A stretch of 45,583 nucleotides of DNA from Polyangiaceae bacterium (GTDB lineage Bacteria; Myxococcota_A; Polyangia; Polyangiales; Polyangiaceae). Where the stretch lies: positions 1 to 45,583 of the forward strand of contig JBGANF010000055.1 of the NCBI GenBank assembly GCA_044222475.1. The letters run 5' to 3'. Positions 17,542-32,242 of this stretch are shown here, piece after piece (position 1 is the stretch's first letter; the number at the start of each line of letters is the position of its first letter). The notes below the pieces were generated by a model. The model did no database searches. It saw only the letters and a program-made list of their open reading frames with translations, and was not told the DNA's origin. A program made the translations under genes and the position numbers.

Positions 17542-19104
17542 TCAGTGACGGAAGTGGCGGAACCCCGTGAAGAGCATCGCGAGGTTCAGCGCGTCCGCCG
17601 CCGCGATCACGTCGGGATCCTTCACGCTGCCGCCGGGCTGCGCGATCGCCGTCACGCCACGCTTCGCGGCCGCTTCCACTCCGTCCGGGAACGGAAAGAA
17701 CGCGTCCGACGCGAGCGACGAGCCCTTCGCCAGGTCGCCCGCTTTCTCGCACGCGATCTGGACCGAGACGACGCGAGACATTTGGCCTGCTCCGACCCCG
17801 ACCGTGCGGGCGATGCCGCCCTCGGACTTCGCGAGCACGATGCCGTTCGACTTGACGTGCTTGCAGACGCGCCACGCGAAATCGAGCGCTGCTTTCTCGG
17901 CGTCGGTGGGCGCGCGCTTCGTGACGACCTTGGCTGCCGCGATCTCCTCGCCGCCCGTGGCGTCGCGCGTCTGCACGACGAGCCCGCCGCCGATGCGCTT
18001 GTACTGGAGCGCCTCGTGCCGCGCGTCGAGCCAGGCGCCAGTGCGCAGGAGGCGCAGGTTCTTCTTCCCGTGCAGGATCGCGAGAGCGGCCGCGTCGAAA
18101 TCCGGCGCGACGATGCACTCGAGGAACGTCTCCGCGAGCAGCTTCGCCGTTGCCTCGTCGACCTTGCCGTTCAGCGCCACGATCCCGCCGAACGCGCTGA
18201 GCGCATCCGCGTCGCGCGCGGTCTTGTACGCCGTCGCTAGATCCTTCGCGGCCGCCACGCCGCACGGGTTCGTGTGCTTGACCACGACCGCGGCGGGACC
18301 CGAGAGCTCGCGCACCGCATCGAGGGCCGCCTCGACGTCGACGAGGTTGTTGAACGACAGCTCCTTGCCGCCGGCGCCGATGCTCTCGGCGCGGGCGAGC
18401 GAGCCCGCGGGCGCGCCGCGCTCGGCGTAGAAGGCCGCTCGCTGGTGGGGGTTCTCGCCGTACCGGAGGCTGTAGCTCTTCTCGAAAGGAAGGGTCAGAT
18501 ACTTCGGGAACTCTTCGGTTTTTCCTTCGGCGTCTCGCGCCGAGAGGTAGCCGCTGATCGCCGCGTCGTACGCGGCGGTGTGAGCGAACGCCTTGGCGGC
18601 CAGGTCGGCTCGGGTCGCGGCGCCGAGCGATCCGCCCTTGAGCTCCGCGAGCACGCGATCGTAGTCGGCGGGGTCGCAGACGATGCCGACACGCGCGTGG
18701 TTCTTCGCCGCTGACCGCACCATCGACGGGCCGCCGATGTCGATGTTCTCGACGATCTCTTCGTGCGCCGACGCCGGGTTCGCCGCGACCTTCTCGAACG
18801 GGTACAGGTTGACGACGACGAGCTCGATCGCGCGCGCGCCGAGGCGGGCGAGGTCCGCGTCGTCGGTGCCTGCGCGCGCCAGGATGCCCCCGTGGACGCG
18901 CGGGTGGAGCGTCTTCACGCGGCCGCCCATCACCTCGGGCGAGCCCGTGTACGCCTCGACCGTCTCGACGGCGATGCCTTCCGCTTCGAGCGCCTTCGCG
19001 GTGCCGCCGCTCGACAGCAGCGAGAAGCCCAGCTCGACGAGTCCTCGAGCGAAGGGAACGAGACCGGTCTTGTCGGAAACCGAGAGGAGAGCGGTGCGCG
19101 CCAT
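17542..19104 (-). CDS. purH: Bifunctional AICAR transformylase/IMP cyclohydrolase
   Basis: ALLSVSDKTG, GRVKTLHP, ENIDIGGP, LRYGENPHQ, KHTNPCG, ASDAFFPF and terminal RHFRH. Confidence 0.98.
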   Translation of the reverse strand: MARTALLSVSDKTGLVPFARGLVELGFSLLSSGGTAKALEAEGIAVETVEAYTGSPEVMGGRVKTLHPRVHGGILARAGTDDADLARLGARAIELVVVNLYPFEKVAANPASAHEEIVENIDIGGPSMVRSAAKNHARVGIVCDPADYDRVLAELKGGSLGAATRADLAAKAFAHTAAYDAAISGYLSARDAEGKTEEFPKYLTLPFEKSYSLRYGENPHQRAAFYAERGAPAGSLARAESIGAGGKELSFNNLVDVEAALDAVRELSGPAAVVVKHTNPCGVAAAKDLATAYKTARDADALSAFGGIVALNGKVDEATAKLLAETFLECIVAPDFDAAALAILHGKKNLRLLRTGAWLDARHEALQYKRIGGGLVVQTRDATGGEEIAAAKVVTKRAPTDAEKAALDFAWRVCKHVKSNGIVLAKSEGGIARTVGVGAGQMSRVVSVQIACEKAGDLAKGSSLASDAFFPFPDGVEAAAKRGVTAIAQPGGSVKDPDVIAAADALNLAMLFTGFRHFRH

Positions 19105-19143
19105 GGGCGCTTCTTACCCCACGACGCGCCCAGATGCGCTCGG

Positions 19144-19182
19144 AAAAAAGACGAAGGGAGCCGAGGACCATCCTCGACTCCC
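19144..19182 (-). terminator. Rho-independent terminator
   Basis: Minus strand GGGAGTCGAGGA-TGG-TCCTCGGCTCCC followed by TTCGTCTTTTTT, about 50 nt after the 19234 stop. Confidence 0.7.
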
Positions 19183-19233
19183 ATCCGCCCGATCACCTCG
19201 GGGCGCATAAGAAAGATAAGCGGATTTGGCTGT

Positions 19234-19974
<741 letters not shown>

Positions 19975-20140
19975 CGCCTGCCTCCCGCGTCGCGTTGGTG
20001 TCCGCCGCGTTCACCGCTGACGGAGCACGGATCAGTCCCGGTCACCGTGTGGAGGCTGCCTCTTGCCCACACACAGCTACATGCGCCCATTTAGGGGGTC
20101 ATCTATTCAAACGAGCGACGGACCAGATTGCTCGCTACTC

Positions 20141-20656
20141 TCAAACCGCCTCACGATGAAGCTTCGCTTGCATCGTGAGTCGTGCCTCGACGCTGGACAG
20201 TTTCGCCATCAGATCGGCTGCCAGCATTCGCGCTTCCGTAAGCTCTCGTGCCACCGACTTCGACATCGTCTCGCTGCCCTTGTGCGGTTTCGCCGCACCC
20301 GATAGAGCCAGGAACACGCGTTCCATGGCCTTTTCCAGCTCCTCGATGTCTCCGCGAACGAACAGGAACTCCGCTTTGATTTCTTCGATCGTGTGGTGCG
20401 CCATCATGGCTTTGAGCCGTTGGATTCGCCGTATCACCATCGCCGGGTACACCCCTTGCGATCCTCGCGGCTTGTCCTTGATGGCGACCCGGCGGCTCCT
20501 CGGCAACAGTCCCAGCTGGACGTACTTGCGAAGGGAGGCCTCCGTGAAGCGGACGTTCTTTCTTATGAAAAGATCGACGATGCGCTCCGACGTGAGCCCC
20601 TCGGGGTTCTCTTGCTCGATCCGAGCAAGTTCATCCTCAGTGAACACGTCGCTCAT
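20141..20656 (-). CDS. MerR-like HTH regulator with C-terminal coiled coil
   Basis: SLRKYVQLGLLP...GVY...IRRIQRLK..TIEEIK MerR-type pattern. Start ATG 20656 chosen over the ORF-track 20737. Confidence 0.75.
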   Translation of the reverse strand: MSDVFTEDELARIEQENPEGLTSERIVDLFIRKNVRFTEASLRKYVQLGLLPRSRRVAIKDKPRGSQGVYPAMVIRRIQRLKAMMAHHTIEEIKAEFLFVRGDIEELEKAMERVFLALSGAAKPHKGSETMSKSVARELTEARMLAADLMAKLSSVEARLTMQAKLHREAV

Positions 20657-20948
20657 CAACTCGCCGATCCTTCCCCGCTGCTCCGGTTCGGCGCTTTGAC
20701 CCCAAGACTTCTGGGGATTTTCGGGCGCCGTACCCAACTCCTCACGGCGACCGGCCCGGGAGAGTGAAAGAGCAGGGCTCTCGCATCCTCTCGAACGGTC
20801 GCGACTCTATTCTACTCAAAAGACGACCGTCAATCCATGGACGCCGTTTATTTTGCGTTCTTCCATGATGGAACCGATTCCGCACGGTTAGCTCCAGGCG
20901 CGGACAAACAATGTCCGACCCTTTCGAGCCCATCGTGCTCGGACGAGC

Positions 20949-21872
20949 TCACTCGACCCGCGTCGTCGCGTTTCTCCGGTTCTCCGCTTCGGTGTCATCC
21001 ATTGTGCGCAAAATGGATGCAAGACGCAAAGATCCGAGATCTCCATCTCCGAAGGGTGCCAAAGCGCGCAGCGCCTCCTCTGCCGACGCGACTCTTCGCG
21101 AGCGGTCGACCCCGAGGAGACGGTCGACGACCGCCGCGAGCTCGCGCTGTACCGAATTGGTACGATCGCCGAGCGACACGAGTTTTCCGCGCTCGATCGC
21201 GCGCAGCTCATCCATGCCGGTGCGCGGCGACGCGGGGCGCAGACCGGTCAACAGCTCGTACAGAATGACGCCGACGGCGAACAGGTCGACCCGCTCGTCC
21301 AGCTCTTCTCCGCGGATCTGCTCGGGCGCCATGTAGCCGAACTTCCCCTTCACGATCGACGCGCCGGTCCAACGCGCGCGGCCTTTCGCCAGCGCGATGC
21401 CGAAGTCGGTGAGCTTCACCTCGCCGTCGTTGGACACGAGCACGTTGTGCGGCGTCACGTCGCGATGCACGAGCCCCGGGAGCACCCGATGGACGGCCGC
21501 GAGCGCGCGCAGGATCGCGCACGCGACGTGCACCGCCGTGCGCTCGGGGAGCAGCGCCGGAGAGCGCGCGCGTGAGACGTCGCGCAGATCGCGGCCGTCG
21601 ATGAGCTCGAGCACGAGGAACGGCCGCCCGTCCTCCTCGCCGGCGTCGAGCATCGAGACGACGTTCGCGTGCCGCACGAGCGAGAGCAGCCGCATCTCCT
21701 CGCGGAGCGACCGCGCCTGCGACTCGTCGAGCGTGCCGTGGACGAGCTTGACGCACACGAGCCGTGGGTGCGGCGCTCCGTGGTCGAGGGCACGCCAGGC
21801 CGCGGCGCAAGCGCCCTGGCCGAGCCGTTGGAGGAGCTCGTAGCGACCACCCGCGAGGTATCGAAGGGCCAT
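20949..21872 (-). CDS. Cytoplasmic Ser/Thr protein kinase (kinase domain only)
   Basis: LGQG, VCVK, HRDVTPHN, DFG, GKFGYMAPE, DLFAVG. Confidence 0.88.
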   Translation of the reverse strand: MALRYLAGGRYELLQRLGQGACAAAWRALDHGAPHPRLVCVKLVHGTLDESQARSLREEMRLLSLVRHANVVSMLDAGEEDGRPFLVLELIDGRDLRDVSRARSPALLPERTAVHVACAILRALAAVHRVLPGLVHRDVTPHNVLVSNDGEVKLTDFGIALAKGRARWTGASIVKGKFGYMAPEQIRGEELDERVDLFAVGVILYELLTGLRPASPRTGMDELRAIERGKLVSLGDRTNSVQRELAAVVDRLLGVDRSRRVASAEEALRALAPFGDGDLGSLRLASILRTMDDTEAENRRNATTRVE

Positions 21873-21948
21873 TTCAGGCCCATCGGTCGCGCGCCGCCGA
21901 TGTTGCGGGACGCGCGGTGGCCCCACCATTTTGCTACCCTCCCGCTCG

Positions 21949-22854
21949 ATGACGGGGCTCCTCCTCCACGACGTGACCGCGCGCGACGTTCGCGTGCGCT
22001 TCGCCGAGATCGGAAAGGGGCCGCCGCTCGTCCTTCTCCACGACGTCCTGGCCGATCGCTCCCAGTGGGACGACGTCCGCGGCGGCCTCGCCGAGAACCA
22101 CCGCGTCGTCATCCCCGACCTCCCCGGCTTCGGCGAGAGCGAAAAGCCGGAGGAGCGGCGCTTCCGCTACGACGTCGACTCGTTCGCCGAGTCGATGGTG
22201 GACCTCATCGCGGCCGCGCGCCTCGGACGCGTGCACATGGCGGGGCTCGGGCTCGGCGCGCTCGTCGCCATGGGGGTCGCGGCCCGCCACCCGTCGCTCG
22301 TCCACAAGCTCGTGCTGGTGGCGCCCCCGCTGTTCGGGGCCCGCGCGTGGGAGGCGCTCCCGCTCGCGTCCGTGCCGATCGTCGGGCCGCTCGTCGTCAA
22401 GCAGCTGGTGGGCCGCGCGCTCTTCCGCCGCCATTTCCGCGAGCGCGTCCACGGAACCCGCACGCCCGACAAGGACGCACGGGTCGACCAGCTGTTCGAG
22501 CGCTTCGACTCACCCGCCGCCCGCGAGGCCGCGCTCCGCACGCTCGCCGCGATGGCCGACACGCGCGCCACCGAGGCGAGCATCGGCCGCATCGGCGCGC
22601 CGACCCTGGTGGTGTGGGGGCGCGACAGCCGCATCGGGTCACCGGAGATTGGTCGCAAGCTCGCGCGCCAGCTCGCCAAGGCGACCCTCGAGATCACGAC
22701 CGGCGGCCACGCCACGCCGGAGGACGCACCGGACGAGTTCACCGCGCTCACGAAGCAGTTCCTCGAGCCTCCTCCCCCGAGACGGCGGCGCAGCCAACCC
22801 GACGAAGCCGAAGTCGCGGGACGAAAGGCGGCGCGCGGGTCGCGATCGTCATGA
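21949..22854 (+). CDS. Alpha/beta hydrolase-fold protein lacking the catalytic Ser
   Basis: GPPLVLLHD, PDLPGFGES, GLGLG at the nucleophile elbow, PTLVVWG.D, GGH. Confidence 0.85.
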   Translation: MTGLLLHDVTARDVRVRFAEIGKGPPLVLLHDVLADRSQWDDVRGGLAENHRVVIPDLPGFGESEKPEERRFRYDVDSFAESMVDLIAAARLGRVHMAGLGLGALVAMGVAARHPSLVHKLVLVAPPLFGARAWEALPLASVPIVGPLVVKQLVGRALFRRHFRERVHGTRTPDKDARVDQLFERFDSPAAREAALRTLAAMADTRATEASIGRIGAPTLVVWGRDSRIGSPEIGRKLARQLAKATLEITTGGHATPEDAPDEFTALTKQFLEPPPPRRRRSQPDEAEVAGRKAARGSRSS

Positions 22855-22864
22855 CGAGGGCGCG

Positions 22865-23890
22865 ATGAGCATCGTCGACCCGAGGCGCAAGGCGAAGCTC
22901 CTCGCTCATCGCGGCGCGCGGATCGGCCTCGCCCTCATCGCCGCCGTTCTCCTGTTCGCGCTGATCGGGCCGCTCTTCGCCGGCGATCCGCTGCACTCGG
23001 ACTTCGCGCGCGGCGCCACCGAGGACGGCTTGCCGGTGGGACCTTCGGCGACGCATTGGCTCGGCACCGATCGGCTCTTCCGCGACGTCTTCGCGCGCCT
23101 CGCGATCGGCGCGCGGACCTCGCTCCTGGTCGGGTTCGCCGCGACCGCGATCGCGACCACCCTCGGGACCGCGGTCGGGGTCGTGTCCGGCTACTACGAA
23201 GGGACCCGAGGCGCGCGCATCCCGTGGATCTCGGTGGGCGGAATCGCGACGGCGTTCGTGCTCCTCGTCATGGGCATGTCGTGGCCCGCCGCGGTGGTGT
23301 TCGTGCTCGCGCTCGCGCTCGTGCCGGTGCTGCCGATGACGAAGTCGCGCGCGGCATCTGCCGGCGTCGACCTCGACGCCGACACCGCGCTCATGCGCCT
23401 CGTCGACGTGGGGCTCTCGTTTCCGTTTCTGCTCCTCGTCCTCGCGCTCGGCGCAGCCCTCGAGCGCACGACCGCGACCACGATCTTCGTGACCCTCGGC
23501 CTCACGGGGTGGCTCGGCACCGCCCGCGTCGTCCGGGCGAAGACCCTCCAGGTGCGAAACCTCGACTTCGTGATGGCTGCTCGAGCCCTCGGCCGATCGA
23601 CGTTGGCCATCATGCTCGAGCACGTCATCCCGAGCGTCCTCGGTCCCATTTTGGTACTTTCGACCGCCGCCGTCGCGCAGATGATCCTCGCCGAAAGCGC
23701 CCTGGGGTATTTGGGCGCCGGGATCGCCCCGCCCGCCCCCACCTGGGGCCACATGCTCTACGAGGGGCAGGACAACTACGCGATCGCACCGTGGCTCGTC
23801 GCCGCGCCCGGGGTCGCGATCCTGTTCACCGTGTTCGGCTTCAACCTCCTCGGGGAAGGACTGCGCGATGCGTTCGATCCTCGCGATTAG
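22865..23890 (+). CDS. Peptide/nickel ABC permease (DppC/OppC-like)
   Basis: HWLGTDRLFRDVF, EAA-like FVMAARALG, ESALGYLG, WG.ML, FNLLGEGLRDAFDP. Confidence 0.92.
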   Translation: MSIVDPRRKAKLLAHRGARIGLALIAAVLLFALIGPLFAGDPLHSDFARGATEDGLPVGPSATHWLGTDRLFRDVFARLAIGARTSLLVGFAATAIATTLGTAVGVVSGYYEGTRGARIPWISVGGIATAFVLLVMGMSWPAAVVFVLALALVPVLPMTKSRAASAGVDLDADTALMRLVDVGLSFPFLLLVLALGAALERTTATTIFVTLGLTGWLGTARVVRAKTLQVRNLDFVMAARALGRSTLAIMLEHVIPSVLGPILVLSTAAVAQMILAESALGYLGAGIAPPAPTWGHMLYEGQDNYAIAPWLVAAPGVAILFTVFGFNLLGEGLRDAFDPRD

Positions 23891-25571
23891 CGCCGCCCTG
23901 CTCGCGTGCGGCTGCGCGTCGGCGCCGGTTCCGCCGCAGCCGTCGGCCGGCACCGACGAGGCGACTCCTCGGCGCGGCGGGACGCTTCACCTCGCTTCGT
24001 TCGCCGACATCAACACCCTCGATCCGGCGGTGACGACCGACGCGCTCGCGCAGCAGCCGGTCGAGCTCCTCTTCGCCGGCCTCCTCGACTTCGACGAAGC
24101 CGGCAAGGTCGTCCCCGACCTCGCGGAGCGCTTCGAGGTCAGCCCCGACGGCCTCGAAGTCCACTTCTTCCTGCACCAAGGCATTCGCTTCCACGATGGC
24201 GCGCCGCTCGACGCGGAGGACGTGAAGCGATCCATCGAGCGTGCGCTTCACCCCGACTGCCCTGCCCCGTTCGCGTCGTTCTACGACCGCATCGAAGGCT
24301 TCGCGGCGTACCGAAAAGGTACGACGCCCCACCTCGACGGCGTTCGTGTCGACGGCGCGCTCGCGCTCACGATCCGACTCCACGAGCCCGACGCGACGTT
24401 TCTGCCGGCCTTCGCGATGCAGCCGCTTCGCCCGGTGTGCAAGAGCGCCGGCACGACCTACGACCCGCAGTGGGCTCCCTGCGGCGCCGGTCCGTTCAAG
24501 CTCGTCGCCGGCGGGTGGGATCGCGGACGCAGCCTCCGCCTCGTCCGCCACGACGGCTACTTCAAGCCGGGTGAGCCCTACCTCGACGCCGTCGAGTGGA
24601 GCTACGGGATGAACGGCGTCACCCAGCGCTTCAAGCTCGAAGCCGGTGAGCTCGACGGAACGGCGGAGCTGTCCCTCGGCGACAGCATGCGCTTCCGCCG
24701 CGACCCGGCGTGGGCGCCGTTCGGCGTGTTCTCGACCACTCGATCGATCTCCGGCGAGGGCATGAACGTCGAGATGGCGCCGTTCGACAACGTCGAGATT
24801 CGCCGAGCCGTCGCGTCCGCGATCGACCGCGAGCAGTACCGGATGCTCCGCACGCCGAACCTCGAGGTCCTGACGCGGGTTCTCTCGCGCGCGTTCGTCG
24901 ACGACGATCCCGCCTTCCCGGGCCAGAAGTACGACCCCGCCGCCGCGCTCGATCACATGGCGCGCGCGGGCTACCCGTTCGATCCCAAGACCGGCACCGG
25001 CGGCTATCCCAACCCGATCCCCTACGTCGTCTACAAGCAGGGGCTCCTCGAGCTCACCGGGCAGCTCCTGCAGCAGCAGCTCGCGAAGGTCGGTCTCCGA
25101 ATCGAGCTGCGGATCGTCAGCTACCCGACCTACCTCGCGCTCGCGCGACGCCGCGGGATGGCGGCGTTCGCGCCCGAGGGTTGGTCCCCCGACTACCCGG
25201 ATCGGAGCGACTTCTTCGATCCGCTGTTCTCGACGAGCGCCATCGACGACGAGAGCTCGAACAACTCGTCGTTCTACAGCAACCCGACCCTCGACGAGCT
25301 ACTGGTCCGCGCGCGACGCGAGCTCGACGAGAAAGCGCGGCGTCGCATGTACGACGAAGCCGACGCGATCGTCTGCAACGACGCTCCGTGGGCGTTCACC
25401 GTCGCGTACCGAGGGTTCTCGGTGAATCAGCCGTACGTGCGCGGCGTCAGGCCCAACGCGGTATGGTCCGGCGATTATCGGCGGATCTGGCTCGACCGCG
25501 CCGTCGCGGGGGCAGGCGCGCACGCCGGCGTCCTCCGCGACGCGAAGGTGCTCGGAGCGCTGCTCCCATGA
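23868..25571 (+). CDS. ABC substrate-binding lipoprotein, family 5 (DppA/OppA-like)
   Basis: LLACGC lipobox, RGGTL, TLDP, PDLAE.FEVS.DG, FHDG, GAGPFKL, PFDN.EIRRA. Confidence 0.92.
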   Translation: MRSILAISAALLACGCASAPVPPQPSAGTDEATPRRGGTLHLASFADINTLDPAVTTDALAQQPVELLFAGLLDFDEAGKVVPDLAERFEVSPDGLEVHFFLHQGIRFHDGAPLDAEDVKRSIERALHPDCPAPFASFYDRIEGFAAYRKGTTPHLDGVRVDGALALTIRLHEPDATFLPAFAMQPLRPVCKSAGTTYDPQWAPCGAGPFKLVAGGWDRGRSLRLVRHDGYFKPGEPYLDAVEWSYGMNGVTQRFKLEAGELDGTAELSLGDSMRFRRDPAWAPFGVFSTTRSISGEGMNVEMAPFDNVEIRRAVASAIDREQYRMLRTPNLEVLTRVLSRAFVDDDPAFPGQKYDPAAALDHMARAGYPFDPKTGTGGYPNPIPYVVYKQGLLELTGQLLQQQLAKVGLRIELRIVSYPTYLALARRRGMAAFAPEGWSPDYPDRSDFFDPLFSTSAIDDESSNNSSFYSNPTLDELLVRARRELDEKARRRMYDEADAIVCNDAPWAFTVAYRGFSVNQPYVRGVRPNAVWSGDYRRIWLDRAVAGAGAHAGVLRDAKVLGALLP

Positions 25572-26575
25572 TGGCCCGCGCCGCCCGGCGATTCCTGTGG
25601 TCGCTCTTCGTCATCTGGGCGACGGTGAGCATCGCGTTCCTCGTGAACAACGCCGTCCCCGGCGATCCGGCGCGCATGGTCGCAGGGCCGCAGGCCCGCC
25701 CGGCCGAGGTGCAACAGATCACCAAGCAGCTCGGCCTCGACCAGCCCCTACATGTGCAGTATGCACGTTTCCTTCGTCGGCTCGTCCACGTCGGGCCCGG
25801 CACGATCGAGAAGACCGACAAGGTGCACGCGTCGTGCGCGAACCTCGGCCCGGTCCATTTCGACCTCGGCATGAGCTACGTCAAGCGCCGCCCGGTCGCC
25901 GCGATCCTCGCCGAGCGCTTTCCGCGCACGCTCCTCCTCGCCGTCTTCGCGGTGCTGCTGCAAGCCGGCATCGGCGTCGCCACCGGTACGTTCGCCGCGG
26001 CGAAGAAGAAGACCGTCTTCGATCAAGGCACCGTCGCCCTGACCCTCATCGGCGTCAGCGCGCCGACGTTCATCATCGGGCTCGTTCTCCAGCACGTCTT
26101 CGGGCACTCGCTCCGCTGGCTCCCGCTCGACGGCTACGGAGACACCGCGACGGAGCACCTCGTCTCGGCGATCCTCCCGGCAGCGACGCTCGGCGTCTTC
26201 GGCGCCGCCTACTACACGCGCCTCGTGCGCGACGAGCTCCTCGGGCTCCTCGGACAGGACCACGTCCGCACCGCGCGCGCGAAGGGTCTCGGTCCTCTCG
26301 CCGTGTGGACGCGGCATCTCCTGCGCAACGCGCTCGCGCCGCTCCTGACGGTCGTCGGGCTCGATCTCGGCGCGCTGGTCGGTGGCGCCATCGTCACCGA
26401 GACGTTGTTTCGCTGGCCCGGGCTCGGCGCCCTCACGGTCGGCGCGCTGATGGACCGCGACGGTCCGCTCATCCTCGGGACGGTGCTCGTCGCCGCGACG
26501 TCCGTCGTCCTCTCGAACCTCGTGGTGGACGCCTCGTACGCCTTGCTCGATCCGCGCGTGCGCAGGGCGAGGTGA
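25568..26575 (+). CDS. Peptide/nickel ABC permease (DppB/OppB-like)
   Basis: PGDPA, LGLDQPL..QY, DLG.SY, HVRTARAKG, H.LRNAL, ETLF.WPGLG, YALLDPR. Confidence 0.92.
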   Translation: MMARAARRFLWSLFVIWATVSIAFLVNNAVPGDPARMVAGPQARPAEVQQITKQLGLDQPLHVQYARFLRRLVHVGPGTIEKTDKVHASCANLGPVHFDLGMSYVKRRPVAAILAERFPRTLLLAVFAVLLQAGIGVATGTFAAAKKKTVFDQGTVALTLIGVSAPTFIIGLVLQHVFGHSLRWLPLDGYGDTATEHLVSAILPAATLGVFGAAYYTRLVRDELLGLLGQDHVRTARAKGLGPLAVWTRHLLRNALAPLLTVVGLDLGALVGGAIVTETLFRWPGLGALTVGALMDRDGPLILGTVLVAATSVVLSNLVVDASYALLDPRVRRAR

Positions 26576-26578
26576 TCG

Positions 26579-29071
<2,493 letters not shown>

Positions 29072-29132
29072 GGCGGAACGAGAATCGTCGCCCCTGCCCT
29101 ACCTGTCAAGGAATGTAGGTGGGTGGGGTGGT

Positions 29133-30305
29133 CTAGCGCGCCTTTGGGGGAGCCTTCGCAACGCGCGTCACGCCCACGAAGCTCGTGTAGACGATGTCGT
29201 TCTTGAGCAACGCGAGGGCCTGCGGCTCGGGCGCGATGTCGGTCACCACGTCCACCGTCTCGGACTTCGCCTTTGCCGCGCTGCCAGCGGACGGTACGAC
29301 CTTGGCGATGGACCACGTGGCGTCCAAGCGCCGAGCCACGTAGAGCCCGGTCGAGTCGGCCGCGATCGGACCGAGCAGCTCTTCTCCGGCGTCGTAGATG
29401 GTCTCGAACGCGCCGCCGCCGATCGGGACCCGCCCGATGTGCGCGGGGAGCGCGAACGTGCCGTACGCGAGGTAGTAGTAGCCGCCACCGACGGCACCCG
29501 CGACGTAGCTCGTGTCGTCGAGCGAAGGGTCGCACAGCTTGGTCACCGGCCCACCCGACGTGGAGATCGAGCGTAGGTGCCGAGCCATCTTGGTGTCGTC
29601 GTCGACCGACGTGAAGAACACCTTCCCAGCCGACGTCTGGAGATCGTCGATGGCTCCGTTCACGGTGACGAGGACCGTCTGCTTCCCGGTCGTGGGCTCG
29701 ACCTTCACGATCGACTGCTTCTCTGCCGAGCTCGCGTCCTGGACGACGAACACCGAGACGCCGTCGGTCGCGAGCTTCGTTCCTGGATCCTTGAGCTCGG
29801 TGACCTTCTGCGGTGTGTCGCCGCCCGCGAGGCTGACGCTGCGGAGCTCTTCGTCGAGGAAGCTGATCCAGTACGCGCGATTGCCCGCGACGACGAGGTT
29901 GCTCGTCGTGCAGTATCCGGCGCACACGGTCTTGCCGTCGCCGTCTTTGATCTCGCCGCTGTCGTCGTCGAAGACGACCTTGTCGCCGGAGACGGCGAGG
30001 TGACCCCCTCCGAGGGGAAGCTTGGGCATGATCGGCGACGCGTCGGCGAACATCCCGGCGAGCGGATCGTACGTGGGGATCGCCATGGGCGTGTACGACG
30101 AGTAGTCCGGCGTGGACGAGTCCATGCGGGCGAAGAGCAGACACGCACGCACCGCGAGCAGCGCGATCCCGATGCCGCCGGCAGCCCAACGACCCGTGTT
30201 TCGCGGCGGGCCGGGATCGTCGGGCGGAAAGGGCGACGGCGCCTGGGGTGCTCGGTACGGTCCCGCGCCGTAGCCTCCGGGCGGAGGAGGAACGTTGTCG
30301 CTCAT
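29133..30305 (-). CDS. Membrane-anchored putative beta-propeller protein
   Basis: Pro-rich N-terminus, one TM, then about 40 aa blade-like repeats (LAVSGDKVVF, LVVAGNRAYW, LATDGVSVF, IAADSTGLY). Confidence 0.7.
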   Translation of the reverse strand: MSDNVPPPPGGYGAGPYRAPQAPSPFPPDDPGPPRNTGRWAAGGIGIALLAVRACLLFARMDSSTPDYSSYTPMAIPTYDPLAGMFADASPIMPKLPLGGGHLAVSGDKVVFDDDSGEIKDGDGKTVCAGYCTTSNLVVAGNRAYWISFLDEELRSVSLAGGDTPQKVTELKDPGTKLATDGVSVFVVQDASSAEKQSIVKVEPTTGKQTVLVTVNGAIDDLQTSAGKVFFTSVDDDTKMARHLRSISTSGGPVTKLCDPSLDDTSYVAGAVGGGYYYLAYGTFALPAHIGRVPIGGGAFETIYDAGEELLGPIAADSTGLYVARRLDATWSIAKVVPSAGSAAKAKSETVDVVTDIAPEPQALALLKNDIVYTSFVGVTRVAKAPPKAR

Positions 30306-30348
30306 TCGGGGGGCTCCCCAGTGGTACGCGGTCGCGGTGACATGCTTC

Positions 30349-31953
<1,605 letters not shown>

Positions 31954-31963
31954 GCGGCGCCGC

Positions 31964-32242
31964 CTAGGGATCGCCGCCGGCGTCGCCAGAGTCGACCGTG
32001 TCAGCGACGACGTCGGCCGACGCGTCGGGGACGGCTGCGTCCTCGGGCACGCACACGCCCTCGAAGCAGCGCAGCGTGGGCTCGCAGTCCTTCGTCCTCG
32101 TGCAGGGGCCGTTCAGCCCCGCGCGCTCGCCCGCCGCGCCGCAGCCAGGGTCGCGAAAGCCGAGCAGCGCGAGCGCGCAGCACGCGCCGAGCACCAGGCG
32201 CGCGAGCGCCCGGCCGGAAACAAGCGTGCTACGCGTCCGCAC
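31964..32242 (-). CDS. Small secreted Cys-rich protein
   Basis: Hydrophobic signal; PCTRTKDCEPTLRCFEGVC; TGC-TACCAT -10-like element 6 nt before GTG. Confidence 0.65.
   Translation of the reverse strand: MRTRSTLVSGRALARLVLGACCALALLGFRDPGCGAAGERAGLNGPCTRTKDCEPTLRCFEGVCVPEDAAVPDASADVVADTVDSGDAGGDP

Noticed and set aside
19105..19233. ZMP/ZTP (pfl) riboswitch upstream of purH
   Set aside because: No GACUGGCG-type core or pseudoknot partner seen; the hairpin is better explained as the upstream gene's terminator.
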